Shown one piece after another: positions 23,798-35,665 of a stretch of DNA of 39,391 bases. Every line of letters begins with the position of its first letter. Positions within the stretch are counted from its first letter, which is position 1. A program made the position numbers and the translations under genes. The stretch lies in assembly GCA_041482775.1 (NCBI GenBank), contig JBGPEJ010000002.1, positions 1 to 39,391 of the forward strand, given 5' to 3'. Below the pieces are notes generated by a model. It made no database searches, was not told the origin of the DNA, and saw only the letters and a program-made list of their open reading frames with translations. The stretch comes from Gemmatimonadota bacterium (lineage in GTDB: Bacteria; Gemmatimonadota; Gemmatimonadetes; Gemmatimonadales; GWC2-71-9).

Positions 23798-24535
23798 GTG
23801 AGGCAAAGTGATTCGCTCCACGCGGCGATCATCATGGACGGCAATGGACGTTGGGCCGAGCGGCGTGCGCTGTCCCGGCCGGAGGGACATCGGGCCGGGG
23901 CGCGCGCGGCCGAGGCGCTGGTGCAGGCGGCGCCGCGCCTGGGCGTCGGGGTCCTCACGCTCTACGCCTTTTCGAGCGACAATTGGGCGCGCCCGATGCC
24001 CGAGGTAACGGCGCTGATGCGGCTCTTTCGGGGCTACCTCCGCGCCGAGCGGCCCCGCGCAGTGGCCAATGGAGTGGCGGTCGAGGTCATCGGCCGGCGG
24101 GACCGTCTGCCGGCACCCCTGCTCCAGGAGATCTCCGAAACCGAAGCCCAGACGGCGCGAGGGACGGCGCTCCGGCTCCGTCTGGCGGTGGATTACTCGG
24201 CGCGCGACGCAATCGTGCGGGCGGCGATCCGATTGCAGGAGGAGCCCGGTCCCGCCGACCGCGCGCGGTTCACCGAGCTGCTGGCGCAGGTGGATCACGG
24301 GCGGGCGGCGGTGGCACCGGTGGATCTGCTGATCCGCACCGGGGGCGAGCACCGGCTCTCGGATTTCCTCCTCTGGGAATCCGCCTATGCCGAGTTGTTC
24401 TTCCGGGACACGATGTGGCCTGACTTTACTCCGCGCGAGATGGAGGGGATCATCGCCGAAGTCCGCGCGCGGGAACGCCGGTTCGGTGGCGTGGCCGCCC
24501 GGCCCGCCGCCGCCCATCTCAGGCTATCCCGCTGA
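23798..24535 (+). CDS. uppS: Undecaprenyl-diphosphate synthase (cis-isoprenyl transferase)
   Basis: HAAIIMDGNGRWA, TLYAFSSDNW, and DLLIRTGGEHRLSDFLLWESAYAELFF are present. GTG 23798 lies 7 nt after GGGGAG. The track ORF opens at TTG 23783. Confidence 0.9.
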   Translation: MRQSDSLHAAIIMDGNGRWAERRALSRPEGHRAGARAAEALVQAAPRLGVGVLTLYAFSSDNWARPMPEVTALMRLFRGYLRAERPRAVANGVAVEVIGRRDRLPAPLLQEISETEAQTARGTALRLRLAVDYSARDAIVRAAIRLQEEPGPADRARFTELLAQVDHGRAAVAPVDLLIRTGGEHRLSDFLLWESAYAELFFRDTMWPDFTPREMEGIIAEVRARERRFGGVAARPAAAHLRLSR

Positions 24536-24549
24536 TCGGGGAGGATTTC

Positions 24550-25167
24550 ATGCTCTCAGCAATTCGCGACGTGCTGATTCTGCCGGAGTTTCTGGGCGCG
24601 CTGCTGCTGGTCGGCACGGCCGGCGTGGTGCTCCTGGCGCTGCCCATCTGGATCTGGTTCTGGCGCAAGAAGAATCCCCCGGTGCGGCGGATGGCCGCGA
24701 GGATCGGCGGCGGCATGCTGGGCCTCTACGCCCTGTTCTGGATTGCGGGATTGATCGTGGCCCCGACCCAGGATCTCACCCCGGGCACGGAGATCAGATT
24801 CTGCGGGCTCGACTGCCACCTGCATGTGTCGGTGGTGAACGTCCAGCCGGGTCCCCTGCTCGGCGTGACGGTGCGCTTCCGCAGCAATGCGGTGCAGGCG
24901 CCGGAATGGCCCGGGCTGCTGCACTACCGGTTGCGGGACGCCAGCGGAAAGGAGTGCGCCGCCATCGACCGGGTGCCCGAAGAGCCGCTCCGCGCCGGCG
25001 ACAGCGTCCGGCGCGTCCTGCACTTCGCGGCGGGCGGGAAGCCGGACACCGCCTCACTGATCGTCACCTGGGGGAACAAGCTGGACCTGCTGGTTCCCGG
25101 GCGGGGAAATCCGCTGGTGCAGCGGCGGCAGCGGCTGATCATCCCGGCGCTCTGGGGCTGCGCCTGA
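24550..25167 (+). CDS. Hypothetical membrane protein (two N-terminal TM helices plus a soluble domain)
   Basis: GGGGAGG lies 7 nt upstream of the ATG. TM helices: LILPEFLGALLLVGTAGVVLLALPIWIWFW and MLGLYALFWIAGLIVA. The amino-acid composition looks coding, unlike the overlapping Arg/Gly/Pro-rich frame 24387..25223. Confidence 0.55.
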   Translation: MLSAIRDVLILPEFLGALLLVGTAGVVLLALPIWIWFWRKKNPPVRRMAARIGGGMLGLYALFWIAGLIVAPTQDLTPGTEIRFCGLDCHLHVSVVNVQPGPLLGVTVRFRSNAVQAPEWPGLLHYRLRDASGKECAAIDRVPEEPLRAGDSVRRVLHFAAGGKPDTASLIVTWGNKLDLLVPGRGNPLVQRRQRLIIPALWGCA

Positions 25168-25182
25168 CCGGGGACCCCGCGT

Positions 25183-25201
25183 GGCCGCGCTACGCGCGGC
25201 C
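25183..25201. terminator. GC hairpin between convergent genes
   Basis: GGCCGCGC tac GCGCGGCC forms an 8-bp stem with a 3-nt loop. It sits exactly between stop 25167 (plus strand) and stop 25201 (minus strand). There is no U-tract. Confidence 0.3.
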
Positions 25202-26073
25202 TAGGCCGCGAAGAAGCCCTTGAGCACGGTCACCGCCTGTCCTCCGAGCTGTACCCGATCCCCGCGCATTTCTACCCGTACCGTCCCCCCCCGCGGCGAC
25301 ACTTGCTGCCCAACCAGCGCCTTCCGCCCCAGCCGGCCGGCCCAGTAGGGCGCGAGGGTGCAGTGGGCTGAGCCGGTAACCGGATCCTCGTCGACGCCGG
25401 CGCCCGGGGCGAAGAAGCGGGAGATGAAATCCACCCCGGGCAGGTCCGAGGGCGCCGTCACAATGACCCCGCGGGTTTCGATGCCTCGAATCAGGCGGTA
25501 GTCGGGGGTGAGCTTGCGCAGCTTGGCGGGATCCGCCAGAACCATCATGTAGTCGAATTGGCTCCGCAGCACCGGCATCCCGGGGGACTTGAAGGCATCG
25601 AGCAGGTAGGGCGGTGGCTCACAGGGCGCGGCGGGCGTCGCCGGGAAATCGAGCAGGATCCAACCGTTCTTCTTCCTGGCGGTGAGGAGCCCGCTCCGGG
25701 TGGCGAATCGCGCCGACGCACCGGACTTCAAGTGATGCTCGGCCCAGAGGAAGTGCGCGCTTGCCAGCGTGGCATGGCCGCAGAGATCCATCTCGATGGT
25801 CGGGGTGAACCACCGGAGGTCGAATCCGTTGTCGCCGCGGAGCAGGAACGCGGTTTCCGCCTGGTTCATCTCCCGCGCCAGCGCCTGCATCCAGTCATCC
25901 GGTTTCGGCTCATGGAGAAGACAGACGGCGGCGGGGTTGCCTTTGAACACCGCATCGGTGAAGGCATCGATCAGCCAGAGGTCGAGGGGCTTGGGCGCCT
26001 TGGTTTTCTTGGCGGGCTTCGCGGCCTTGGCCGGCTTGCTGGTTTTGGTGGACTTGGCAGGCTTGCGTGGCAT
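25201..26073 (-). CDS. PhzF-family isomerase-like protein with a Lys/Ala/Pro-rich N-terminal extension
   Basis: The core starts at LWLIDAFTDAVFKGNPAAV. It continues with ..ETAFL.., CGHATLA, and GSAHCTLAPYW, typical of the PhzF/YddE fold. It is preceded by MPRKPAKSTKTSKPAKAAKPAKKTKAPKP, with no internal ATG or GTG between. Confidence 0.8.
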   Translation of the reverse strand: MPRKPAKSTKTSKPAKAAKPAKKTKAPKPLDLWLIDAFTDAVFKGNPAAVCLLHEPKPDDWMQALAREMNQAETAFLLRGDNGFDLRWFTPTIEMDLCGHATLASAHFLWAEHHLKSGASARFATRSGLLTARKKNGWILLDFPATPAAPCEPPPYLLDAFKSPGMPVLRSQFDYMMVLADPAKLRKLTPDYRLIRGIETRGVIVTAPSDLPGVDFISRFFAPGAGVDEDPVTGSAHCTLAPYWAGRLGRKALVGQQVSPRGGTVRVEMRGDRVQLGGQAVTVLKGFFAA

Positions 26074-26078
26074 GAGGA

Positions 26079-26109
26079 CCAGGGAGTCAGGGAGTCAGGG
26101 AATCAGAGG
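26079..26109. repeat. Tandem 8-nt repeat: CCAGGGAG TCAGGGAG TCAGGGAA TCAGAGG
   Basis: Three to four head-to-tail units fill the 29-nt gap between the ABC ATPase stop (26103..26105) and the phzF-like start (26073). CAGGGAGTCAGGGAG equals the reverse complement of 5332..5346. Confidence 0.5.
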
Positions 26110-27080
26110 CCCGCGTGGTGGCAGGCCACGACCGCCGGGCCGATCGGGCGGAGCACCGGAAGCTCGGTGATACAGCGCGCATCCTTCCGCGGGTGGAAGC
26201 AGCGGGAGGCGAAGGGACAGCCCGGCGGCGGCGCCGTCGGCTTGGGCGGTTCCCCGGCCAGCACGATGCGAGCCCGCTGACGGCCGGGGTCGGGCTCCGG
26301 CACCGCGGAGAGCAGGGCCTGGGTGTACGGGTGCAGCGGGCGCAGGAGCACGTCCTCGGTGGATGCGAGCTCCACGATCCGGCCGAAGTACATCACCGCA
26401 ACCCGGTGGGCCAGCTGGCGGACCACCGCCAGGTCGTGCGCAATGAAGAGAAAGGCGAGGCCGCGGCGCTGCTGCAGATCGGCGAGCAAGTTCAGCACCT
26501 GGGCCTGCACCGAGACGTCGAGCGCCGACACCGGCTCGTCGCAGACCAGGAGCGCGGGATCCACCGCAAGGGCCCGGGCAATCCCGATCCGCTGGCGCTG
26601 GCCGCCGCTCAGCTGGTGGGGAAACTTTGCCCGGTAGGAGGCATCGAGCCCCACTTCTTCGAACAACCGGGCCACCCGACCGGGGATTTCGCGCGCCGGC
26701 AGGAGCCGGTGGATCTCCAGCCCCTCGGCCACCGCCACGCCCGCCCGCATCCGCGGATTGAGTGAGCTGTACGGATCCTGGAAGACAATCTGCATTCGCC
26801 GGCGCATGGCGCGGAGCGGGCCGGCCGGGAGCGTCAACACGTTCACGCCGTCGAAGCGGACGCTCCCGGCCGACGCGGGGGTAAGGCGGAGAATCGTCCG
26901 GCCGACGGTGGATTTTCCCGAGCCCGACTCGCCCACCAGGCCGAGCGTTTCGCCGGGGGCGATGTCGAAGCTCACCCCGTTCACCGCGTGGACCACCCGG
27001 CGGGGGCCCCGCAGCATTCCGCCGGTCTCGTAGCGGGTGACCAGGTCGCGAACCTCGAGCAGCGGGCGCGGGGCGGTCAT
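26103..27080 (-). CDS. Peptide/nickel-type ABC transporter ATP-binding protein (OppF/DppF-like)
   Basis: Begins [17 protein letters not shown]. Walker A (GESGSGKST), signature (LSGGQRQR) and the oligopeptide C-terminal extension (HPYTQALL) are present. The ATG overlaps the upstream TGA (ATGA). The track ORF was trimmed from 27212. Confidence 0.9.
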   Translation of the reverse strand: MTAPRPLLEVRDLVTRYETGGMLRGPRRVVHAVNGVSFDIAPGETLGLVGESGSGKSTVGRTILRLTPASAGSVRFDGVNVLTLPAGPLRAMRRRMQIVFQDPYSSLNPRMRAGVAVAEGLEIHRLLPAREIPGRVARLFEEVGLDASYRAKFPHQLSGGQRQRIGIARALAVDPALLVCDEPVSALDVSVQAQVLNLLADLQQRRGLAFLFIAHDLAVVRQLAHRVAVMYFGRIVELASTEDVLLRPLHPYTQALLSAVPEPDPGRQRARIVLAGEPPKPTAPPPGCPFASRCFHPRKDARCITELPVLRPIGPAVVACHHAGL

Positions 27081-28060
27081 CGAGCGCCCTTTTCCGCCAG
27101 CCAGCAGCGAGTCCATTCCCCCGGCGCGAGCGGGATGGGCGGTGGTGCCTCGGTGGCGCAGCGCGCCAGCGCCTCGGGACAACGGGGCTGGAAGCGGCAG
27201 CCCGAGGTCCATTCATGGGGGAGGGGAACGCTGCCGGAAATCGCCTGCATCCGCTCCACCGCGGCGTCCAATCTCGGGATCGCCCGGAAAAGCGCGCGAG
27301 TGTAGGGGTGCGCCGGCGAGCGGAACAGGCGCGCGGTGGCGGCCTCCTCCACAATCTGACCGGCATACATGACCGCGACGCGATCGGCCCGGCCCGCCAC
27401 GATGCCGAGGTCGTGGGTGATCAGCAACACCGCCATCCCGCGGGCGATCCGGAGCCGGTCGAGGAGCTCCAGGATCTGCGCCTGCACGGTGACGTCCAGC
27501 GCGGTGGTCGGCTCATCGGCGATGAGGAGGTCCGGCTCTCCGGCGAGCGCAATGGCGATCAGCACCCGCTGGCGCAGCCCTCCGGACAGCTCGTGGGGAT
27601 AAGAACCGTAGCGCACCGCCGGGTCAGGCACCCCGGTTTCGGCCAGGAGCGCCACCGCGCGCTCGCGCGATTCGGCGCGGGGCATGCTCCGGTGGGCGGT
27701 GACGGCCTCGCGGATCTGTTCCCCCACGGTCAAGACCGGGTTGAGGCTGGTCATGGCGTCCTGGAAGACGATCCCGATCCGGCGGCCCCGGACGGCGCGG
27801 AGCGCCTCGCCCTCGAGCGAGAGAACATCGATTCCCTCGAGGAGGATGCGGGTGCGCTCGTGAATCCGCCCCGGCGGCGGAATGAGCCGGAGGATCGCCA
27901 GCGCGGTGAGGCTCTTGCCGCTTCCCGATTCGCCGACCAGCGCGAGCGTTTCGCCGCGGGCCACGCTCAGACTCACGTCCACCACCGGCAACGCCGGCCC
28001 CCGCCCACGGCCCACGGGGAATTCGACGGTGAGATTCCGGAGCTCGAGGAGATCGCTCAT
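27077..28060 (-). CDS. Peptide/nickel-type ABC transporter ATP-binding protein (OppD/DppD-like)
   Basis: Begins [14 protein letters not shown]. Walker A (GESGSGKS), signature (LSGGLRQR) and HPYTRALF are present. There is an ATGA overlap with the permease gene. The track ORF was trimmed from 28576. Confidence 0.9.
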   Translation of the reverse strand: MSDLLELRNLTVEFPVGRGRGPALPVVDVSLSVARGETLALVGESGSGKSLTALAILRLIPPPGRIHERTRILLEGIDVLSLEGEALRAVRGRRIGIVFQDAMTSLNPVLTVGEQIREAVTAHRSMPRAESRERAVALLAETGVPDPAVRYGSYPHELSGGLRQRVLIAIALAGEPDLLIADEPTTALDVTVQAQILELLDRLRIARGMAVLLITHDLGIVAGRADRVAVMYAGQIVEEAATARLFRSPAHPYTRALFRAIPRLDAAVERMQAISGSVPLPHEWTSGCRFQPRCPEALARCATEAPPPIPLAPGEWTRCWLAEKGAR

Positions 28061-28899
28061 GCGCTGCGGGGGTCCAGGGCGGCCTGCAAGGCATCGCCCA
28101 CCAGGTTCACCGCCAGCACGGTGACCACAATGGCCGCGCCGGGAAAGAGCGCGGTCCAGGGCGCGGTGACGATGAGCGGACGGGCGTCGAACACCATTCC
28201 GCCCCAGGAAGGGGTGGGCGGCTGAATTCCCAGGCCGAGGAACGAGAGGCCGGCTTCGAGCAGGATCACGTCGCCCACGCCGAGGGTGGCCGCCACCAGG
28301 ACCGGCCCGGCGGCGTTGGGAAGCAGGTGGCGGAAGATAGTCCGCCCGGCCCGGCCGCCCAGGCCTTCCGCGGCCATCACGAACGGCTCGTGGCGGAGCC
28401 GCAGCACCTCGCCGCGGACCAGACGGCTGGTGGCGAACCATCCGGTGGTGCCCAGGATGAGGATCAGCGCGGGGAGGGGGATCCGCTCCCAGACGAGTAG
28501 AAGAAGAAGCATCACGAACAGCCGTGGAATGGCGAGGGCGGCGTCGACGATGCGCATCAGCACCGCATCGACCCACCCGCCGCAGTAGCCCGCCAGCAGC
28601 CCGACGCAGGTGCCCAGGGTGAGCGACACCAGCACCGCGAGCCCGGCCACCGAGAGGGAGACCCGGGCCCCGCTCACGACGCGCGACAGGATGTCGCGGT
28701 TGAGCTGGTCGGTGCCGAAGGGATGGGCGATCGAGGGGGAGGTGGTCCCCGCGACCACATCGGGCATTGCCCCGGGATCGGGGAGGACGGCGGGCGCGAG
28801 GATGGCCGCGAGGGCAAGGGCGGCAAGCGCGAACACCCCCCAGCGCCCCGAGGGGTGCCGCCAGGCACGCTCGAAGAGGTCGGTGAAGGAGCCGATCAT
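28057..28899 (-). CDS. ABC transporter permease (OppC/DppC-like)
   Basis: Begins MIGSFTDLFERAWRHPSGRWGVFALAAL. It has multiple TM helices and an EAA-like loop (FVMAAEGLGGRAGRTIFRHLLPN). There is an ATGA overlap with the upstream permease gene. Confidence 0.85.
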   Translation of the reverse strand: MIGSFTDLFERAWRHPSGRWGVFALAALALAAILAPAVLPDPGAMPDVVAGTTSPSIAHPFGTDQLNRDILSRVVSGARVSLSVAGLAVLVSLTLGTCVGLLAGYCGGWVDAVLMRIVDAALAIPRLFVMLLLLLVWERIPLPALILILGTTGWFATSRLVRGEVLRLRHEPFVMAAEGLGGRAGRTIFRHLLPNAAGPVLVAATLGVGDVILLEAGLSFLGLGIQPPTPSWGGMVFDARPLIVTAPWTALFPGAAIVVTVLAVNLVGDALQAALDPRSA

Positions 28900-29870
28900 G
28901 AGGGCCGCACTCGGGGATCCACGAGGGCGTAGCCGATGTCGGCGAGGAGGCCGGCGACGACCACCGCGCCGGCGCCGAGCATCGCGGTGCCGAGCAGCAG
29001 GGGATAGTCGCGCGCGCCGATGGCCTCCGCGGCCAGCGATCCCAGGCCGGGCCAATTGAACACCGACTCGACGAACACCGATCCCGACACCAGAATCGGC
29101 AGCCAGAGCCCGAGCAGGGTGAGCATCGGCACCAGCGTGGTGCGCCAGGCGTGGCCCCAGAGCACGTGCCGCTCGCTCAACCCCCGGGCCCGTGCGGCGG
29201 TGACATAATCGAGCCGGAAAGTGGCGAGCAGCGCCGCGCGCTGGTGCCGCATGGTGATCGCGATGCTGGTGAGCGACAGCGTGAGGACCGGGAGAATGAG
29301 ATGGCGCAGCACGTCCACCGCCCGGGTGGGCACGGAGGCGTCGGCCGGGAGCAGCGGATCGGTCATCTGGGCCGCGGGCAGGAGGTGCCACCGGAGGCTC
29401 ACGAACGCCACCAGCACGAGGCCGAGCCAGAAGCTGGGCGTGGCGTAGCCGGCAAGGGCGAGCCGCGTCATCCATCGGTCGAAGCGCGATCCCCGCCGGA
29501 CCGCCTGCCGGACGCCCAGCCACACCCCGAGGGTGAAGTTGAGGAGCAGGACCGCTCCGCCCAGAAGGAGTGTCGCGGGGAGCCGGCTGGCGAGCAGCGC
29601 GGTGACCCGTTCCGGATAGTGTTCGATCGACACCCCGAGGTCGCCGCGCGCCACGCCGCTCAGAAAGGTGCGCAGTTGCGCGAGGATCGGCTGGTCGAGT
29701 CCGTACCGGGCCCGGAGCCGGGCGATTTCCTGCTCAGAGACGGCGCGATCACCGTTGAGCCGGGCGAGCGGGTCGCCCGGGGCCACCCGCATCAGCACGA
29801 AGAGGAGCAGGATTGCGACCGCAAAGGTGGCGGCAGCCTGCAGAGCGCGGCGGACCAGCCAGGGACTCAC
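28896..29870 (-). CDS. ABC transporter permease (OppB/DppB-like)
   Basis: The GTG start gives (V)SPWLVRRALQAAATFAVAILLLFVLMRVAPGDPL, the canonical OppB N-terminus. YVTAARARGLSERHVLWGHAWR is also present. The GTG overlaps the SBP stop (GTGA). Confidence 0.85.
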   Translation of the reverse strand: MSPWLVRRALQAAATFAVAILLLFVLMRVAPGDPLARLNGDRAVSEQEIARLRARYGLDQPILAQLRTFLSGVARGDLGVSIEHYPERVTALLASRLPATLLLGGAVLLLNFTLGVWLGVRQAVRRGSRFDRWMTRLALAGYATPSFWLGLVLVAFVSLRWHLLPAAQMTDPLLPADASVPTRAVDVLRHLILPVLTLSLTSIAITMRHQRAALLATFRLDYVTAARARGLSERHVLWGHAWRTTLVPMLTLLGLWLPILVSGSVFVESVFNWPGLGSLAAEAIGARDYPLLLGTAMLGAGAVVVAGLLADIGYALVDPRVRPS

Positions 29871-31504
29871 CGGTCGCGCGCGATCCGGCGGCCCGGATCC
29901 ACCGACCAGAGCCAGAGGTCGGCGTAGAGCGATTCGGGCCGCAGCGTCACGTTGCGGAACCGAGTGTGGATCGCGAACGGAACCGCCGGCGAGGCGATGA
30001 AAATGGCGGGGACGTCGCGCTGCAGCGCCGCATAGGCGGCCCGCCACTCGGTCTCCCCGGGGCGGCTGGGAAACATCGCCCGGTCGAGCAGAGAGTCGAC
30101 CGCCGGATCGCAGTACTGGGCAACATTGCTGCCGCTCCGGCCGGCGCAGGTCCAGCTCTGGACGATTCCCGAGGGGCTGGGATCCATCGTGGCGGCGGCC
30201 AGGTCGAGGTCGAATTCACCCTTGATTCTCCGCTCCCGCCAAACCGGAAAGTCGAGCCGGACGATTTCGAGGCGCACGCCGATCCGGCGCAACTGTTCCT
30301 GGATCTGCGGTGCCATGGTGATGCGCGGCGCGCTGCTGGTCGGGACATTGAGGCGGAGCGCCAGCGGCACACCCTCCTTGTCGAGCACCCCGTCGCCGTC
30401 GCGATCGATCCAGCCGCGCCGCGCCAGCAACGCCCTGGCGCCGGCGGGGTCGTACGAAGGGCCCTTCGGCACCATCCCGCGGGTCCAGTGGGCCTGCGCC
30501 ACCGGCGCCTCGGCAGGGCGTCCGAAGGCACCGTAGGTGCTCCGAAGCAGGGTTTCCCGATCGATCGCCATTGCCAGCGCGCGGCGAAGCTCGGGATCCG
30601 CGAGGATGGGGTGCGGACGGGATCGATCGCCGTAGGCGCGCTGGTTGAACAGCACATAGGAAACGCCAAACGATGGGGCGGCGAGGATCCGCATCGCGGG
30701 GGTGGCGGCGAGCCGCAGCGGCCCCGACACCGGGGCCAGACCCTCATAGACATCGGCGGTGCCGTCGAGCAGGAGGTTGAGCGCCGCCTCGGGGTCCCGC
30801 ACCAGGAGGAACACCACCCGATCGAGTTTGGGAGCGCCGAGGAAGAAGCCGGAGTCGGCGGCGAGCTCGAGCTGCCGGCCCGGCTCGCGCCGGACCCAGC
30901 GGTAGGGCCCGTTGCCGACCGGATGCTGCACGAAGGCCGATCCGGCAAACCGGGCAGGCGGGATGGTGTCAACCAGGTGCGCCGGGAGCAGCTGAACCTG
31001 AAAGGTCGCGTCGTAAAACTGCTCGGGATATACCCGCCGGAATCGCATCACCACCCGATGGTCGTTCTCGGCGGTCACCGTGGTCAGATAGCGGAGCAGG
31101 AGCGCGCGCTGCGGATCCACCAGGGTGTCGCGCATGCGCTGAAAGCTGAAGACGACGTCCCGGGCGGTTACCGGCACGCCGTCGTGCCACCGGGCCCTCG
31201 GGTCAAGATCGAAGGCTAGAGTGAGGGAGTCCCGGCGAGTCCAGCTCCGGGCCAACTGCGGCTCGAAGGTCTTCTCATCGGCAGTGCCGCGGCCCCGCCC
31301 GGGCCGGGCCAGACGGAGGAAGAGGAGGTCGGAGACGGCGTCGTTGCCGGAGGAACCCAGGAGGGTCGGGATCGGGGTCGAGGGTTCCGTCCCCAGGATG
31401 ATCACGATCGATCCGTGATCGGGTGGGCGCTGCCGGGCCGTTGCCGAGACGGGCGCCAGGAGCAACAGGGCGACGACGAGCAGGCGTTGGGGAACCACCA
31501 GCAC
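29867..31504 (-). CDS. ABC transporter substrate-binding protein, family 5 (peptide/nickel type)
   Basis: Signal peptide: (M)LVVPQRLLVVALLLLAPVSATA. The length and sequence are those of a family-5 SBP (..FDLDPRARWHDGVPVTARDVVFSF..). The start could be GTG 31504 or GTG 31498; the latter has better spacing from GGGAGG. Confidence 0.85.
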   Translation of the reverse strand: MLVVPQRLLVVALLLLAPVSATARQRPPDHGSIVIILGTEPSTPIPTLLGSSGNDAVSDLLFLRLARPGRGRGTADEKTFEPQLARSWTRRDSLTLAFDLDPRARWHDGVPVTARDVVFSFQRMRDTLVDPQRALLLRYLTTVTAENDHRVVMRFRRVYPEQFYDATFQVQLLPAHLVDTIPPARFAGSAFVQHPVGNGPYRWVRREPGRQLELAADSGFFLGAPKLDRVVFLLVRDPEAALNLLLDGTADVYEGLAPVSGPLRLAATPAMRILAAPSFGVSYVLFNQRAYGDRSRPHPILADPELRRALAMAIDRETLLRSTYGAFGRPAEAPVAQAHWTRGMVPKGPSYDPAGARALLARRGWIDRDGDGVLDKEGVPLALRLNVPTSSAPRITMAPQIQEQLRRIGVRLEIVRLDFPVWRERRIKGEFDLDLAAATMDPSPSGIVQSWTCAGRSGSNVAQYCDPAVDSLLDRAMFPSRPGETEWRAAYAALQRDVPAIFIASPAVPFAIHTRFRNVTLRPESLYADLWLWSVDPGRRIARDR

Positions 31505-31556
31505 CTCCCGGGGGTCGAGATGTCGTCGGAATGACTCCCGGATAATAACCGTGCCG

Positions 31557-32326
31557 CTAGCGCTGCCAGGTCCAGCGGGGCGAACGGAACCCCTCCGCGT
31601 GCCGCGCGGCGGCGGCGAGGATCTCCGGGGGAGGCTGCCGCGGCCGCTCCGGCACTCCCCAGGCCGCCGTGGCCGCCGCGATCACCGCGGCCGCCGCTTC
31701 GTCGAATTCCACCGGACGCCGGAGCAGGCGGGAGAGCGGGGCGTCGGCGCCGGCGGCGGTGTCGGGCATCCGGGCCAGGGAGCGAACCAGCGCCTGGTCG
31801 TCCTCGAGGAGGAGCGATCCGTGCTGGAGGAACGACTGCTCCCGGCGGAGCTGGGCGCTGCCTACGACCTTCTTGCCCTCGATGAGGACCTCCCCGCCGA
31901 CCGAGGCGGCGAAGCAGGGGCCGGCGCCCGGGCCCTGGGAGACCGCCGGGCGGGGAGCGAGGAGGGCTCGGGCACCGAGGGCCCCGAGTGCGGCGGCGAG
32001 CACCTGGTGAATCGTCGCATAGGCCGGTTGCAGCCCGCCGAACAGCGCAAGGGGCGCCGCCACCGCGTAGGTGAGCTCCCGGGCGTGCCACACCGCCCGG
32101 CCTCCGGTGGGCCGTCGCACGCAGTCGAGCGTGAGCGCGCGAATGCGCTCGGCGTCGTACCGCTCGAGCGCCGGCTCATGGCGGCCGAAGGAGAGGCAGT
32201 GCGGTTCCCATCGGTAGAGCCGCAGAAACATTCCGCCCTCCCCGGCGGCAGCGTCGAGGAGGGCGGAGTCGAGCGCCATGTTCTCCCAGCCGGGGCGGGG
32301 TGAATCGACCAGCAGGGTCCAGCGCA

Positions 32327-32327
<1 letters not shown>
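31557..32327 (-). CDS. Lipoate-protein ligase / octanoyltransferase family protein (BPL_LplA_LipB domain)
   Basis: MRWTLLVDSPRPGWENMALDSALL, LRLYRWEPHCLSFG, RRPTGGRAVWHARELTYAV and GKKVVGSAQLR are present. The ATG shares one base with the gcvP stop (TGATG). Confidence 0.8.
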
Positions 32328-35203
<2,876 letters not shown>

Positions 35204-35221
35204 CGGTCTGCACGGAGAATT

Positions 35222-35611
35222 TCAGGCGCCGACGTGGGCCCGATAGGCCGCCGGAGTGAGCAGGCCGCCGAGCTGGGTGGAATCGTCGGCTTTGAGGCGG
35301 ATCATCCAGCCATCGTCGTAGGGCGAGCGATTTACCGAGGCGGGGTCGGCGTCCAGGCCGGCGTTCACCGCCGTCACCGTCCCGGCGACGGGGCAGTAGA
35401 GGTCCGACACTGCCTTCACCGCTTCAATGGTTCCGAACGCCTGATGCGCGGTGAATTTCTGGCCGACCTTGGGGAGATTCACGAAGACCACATCGCCGAG
35501 CTCGCCCTGCGCGTAATCGGTGATGCCTACAGTCACGACGCCGGGCTCGCCGGTTTCCTTCACATATTCGTGGTCCGCCGTGTATCGGAGCCCGTCGGGA
35601 ATGTCCGCCAC
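35222..35611 (-). CDS. gcvH: Glycine cleavage system H protein
   Basis: The 129-aa product has YTADHEYV, GITDYAQGELGDVVFV and the lipoyl-lysine motif IEAVKAVSDLY. Confidence 0.95.
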   Translation of the reverse strand: MADIPDGLRYTADHEYVKETGEPGVVTVGITDYAQGELGDVVFVNLPKVGQKFTAHQAFGTIEAVKAVSDLYCPVAGTVTAVNAGLDADPASVNRSPYDDGWMIRLKADDSTQLGGLLTPAAYRAHVGA

Positions 35612-35665
35612 CGCATGATCCTCGGGGAATGGCCGGCTAGAGGATACCCCGGTGCCGGGGCAGGG

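Noticed and set aside
24387-25223. 278-aa ORF overlapping the 24550..25167 gene in another frame.
   Set aside because: It is Arg/Gly/Pro/Ala-rich with no hydrophobic core or motifs. The 24550 frame has a good RBS, two clear TM helices and a normal amino-acid composition.
26095-30047. Long N-terminal extensions of the ABC transporter ORFs in the track (for example 27077..28576, 28057..29523, 28896..30047, 26103..27212). These would imply 130 to 620-nt overlaps between neighbouring genes.
   Set aside because: The extensions are Arg/Pro/Gly-rich and overlap the conserved C-termini of the upstream genes. Each gene has an internal ATG or GTG that overlaps the preceding stop codon by 4 nt and reproduces the canonical family N-terminus.
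35612-35665. Glycine riboswitch expected upstream of gcvH.
   Set aside because: Only 54 nt are available, and no GGAGAG..ACCGAAGGGGCAA-type aptamer core is visible.
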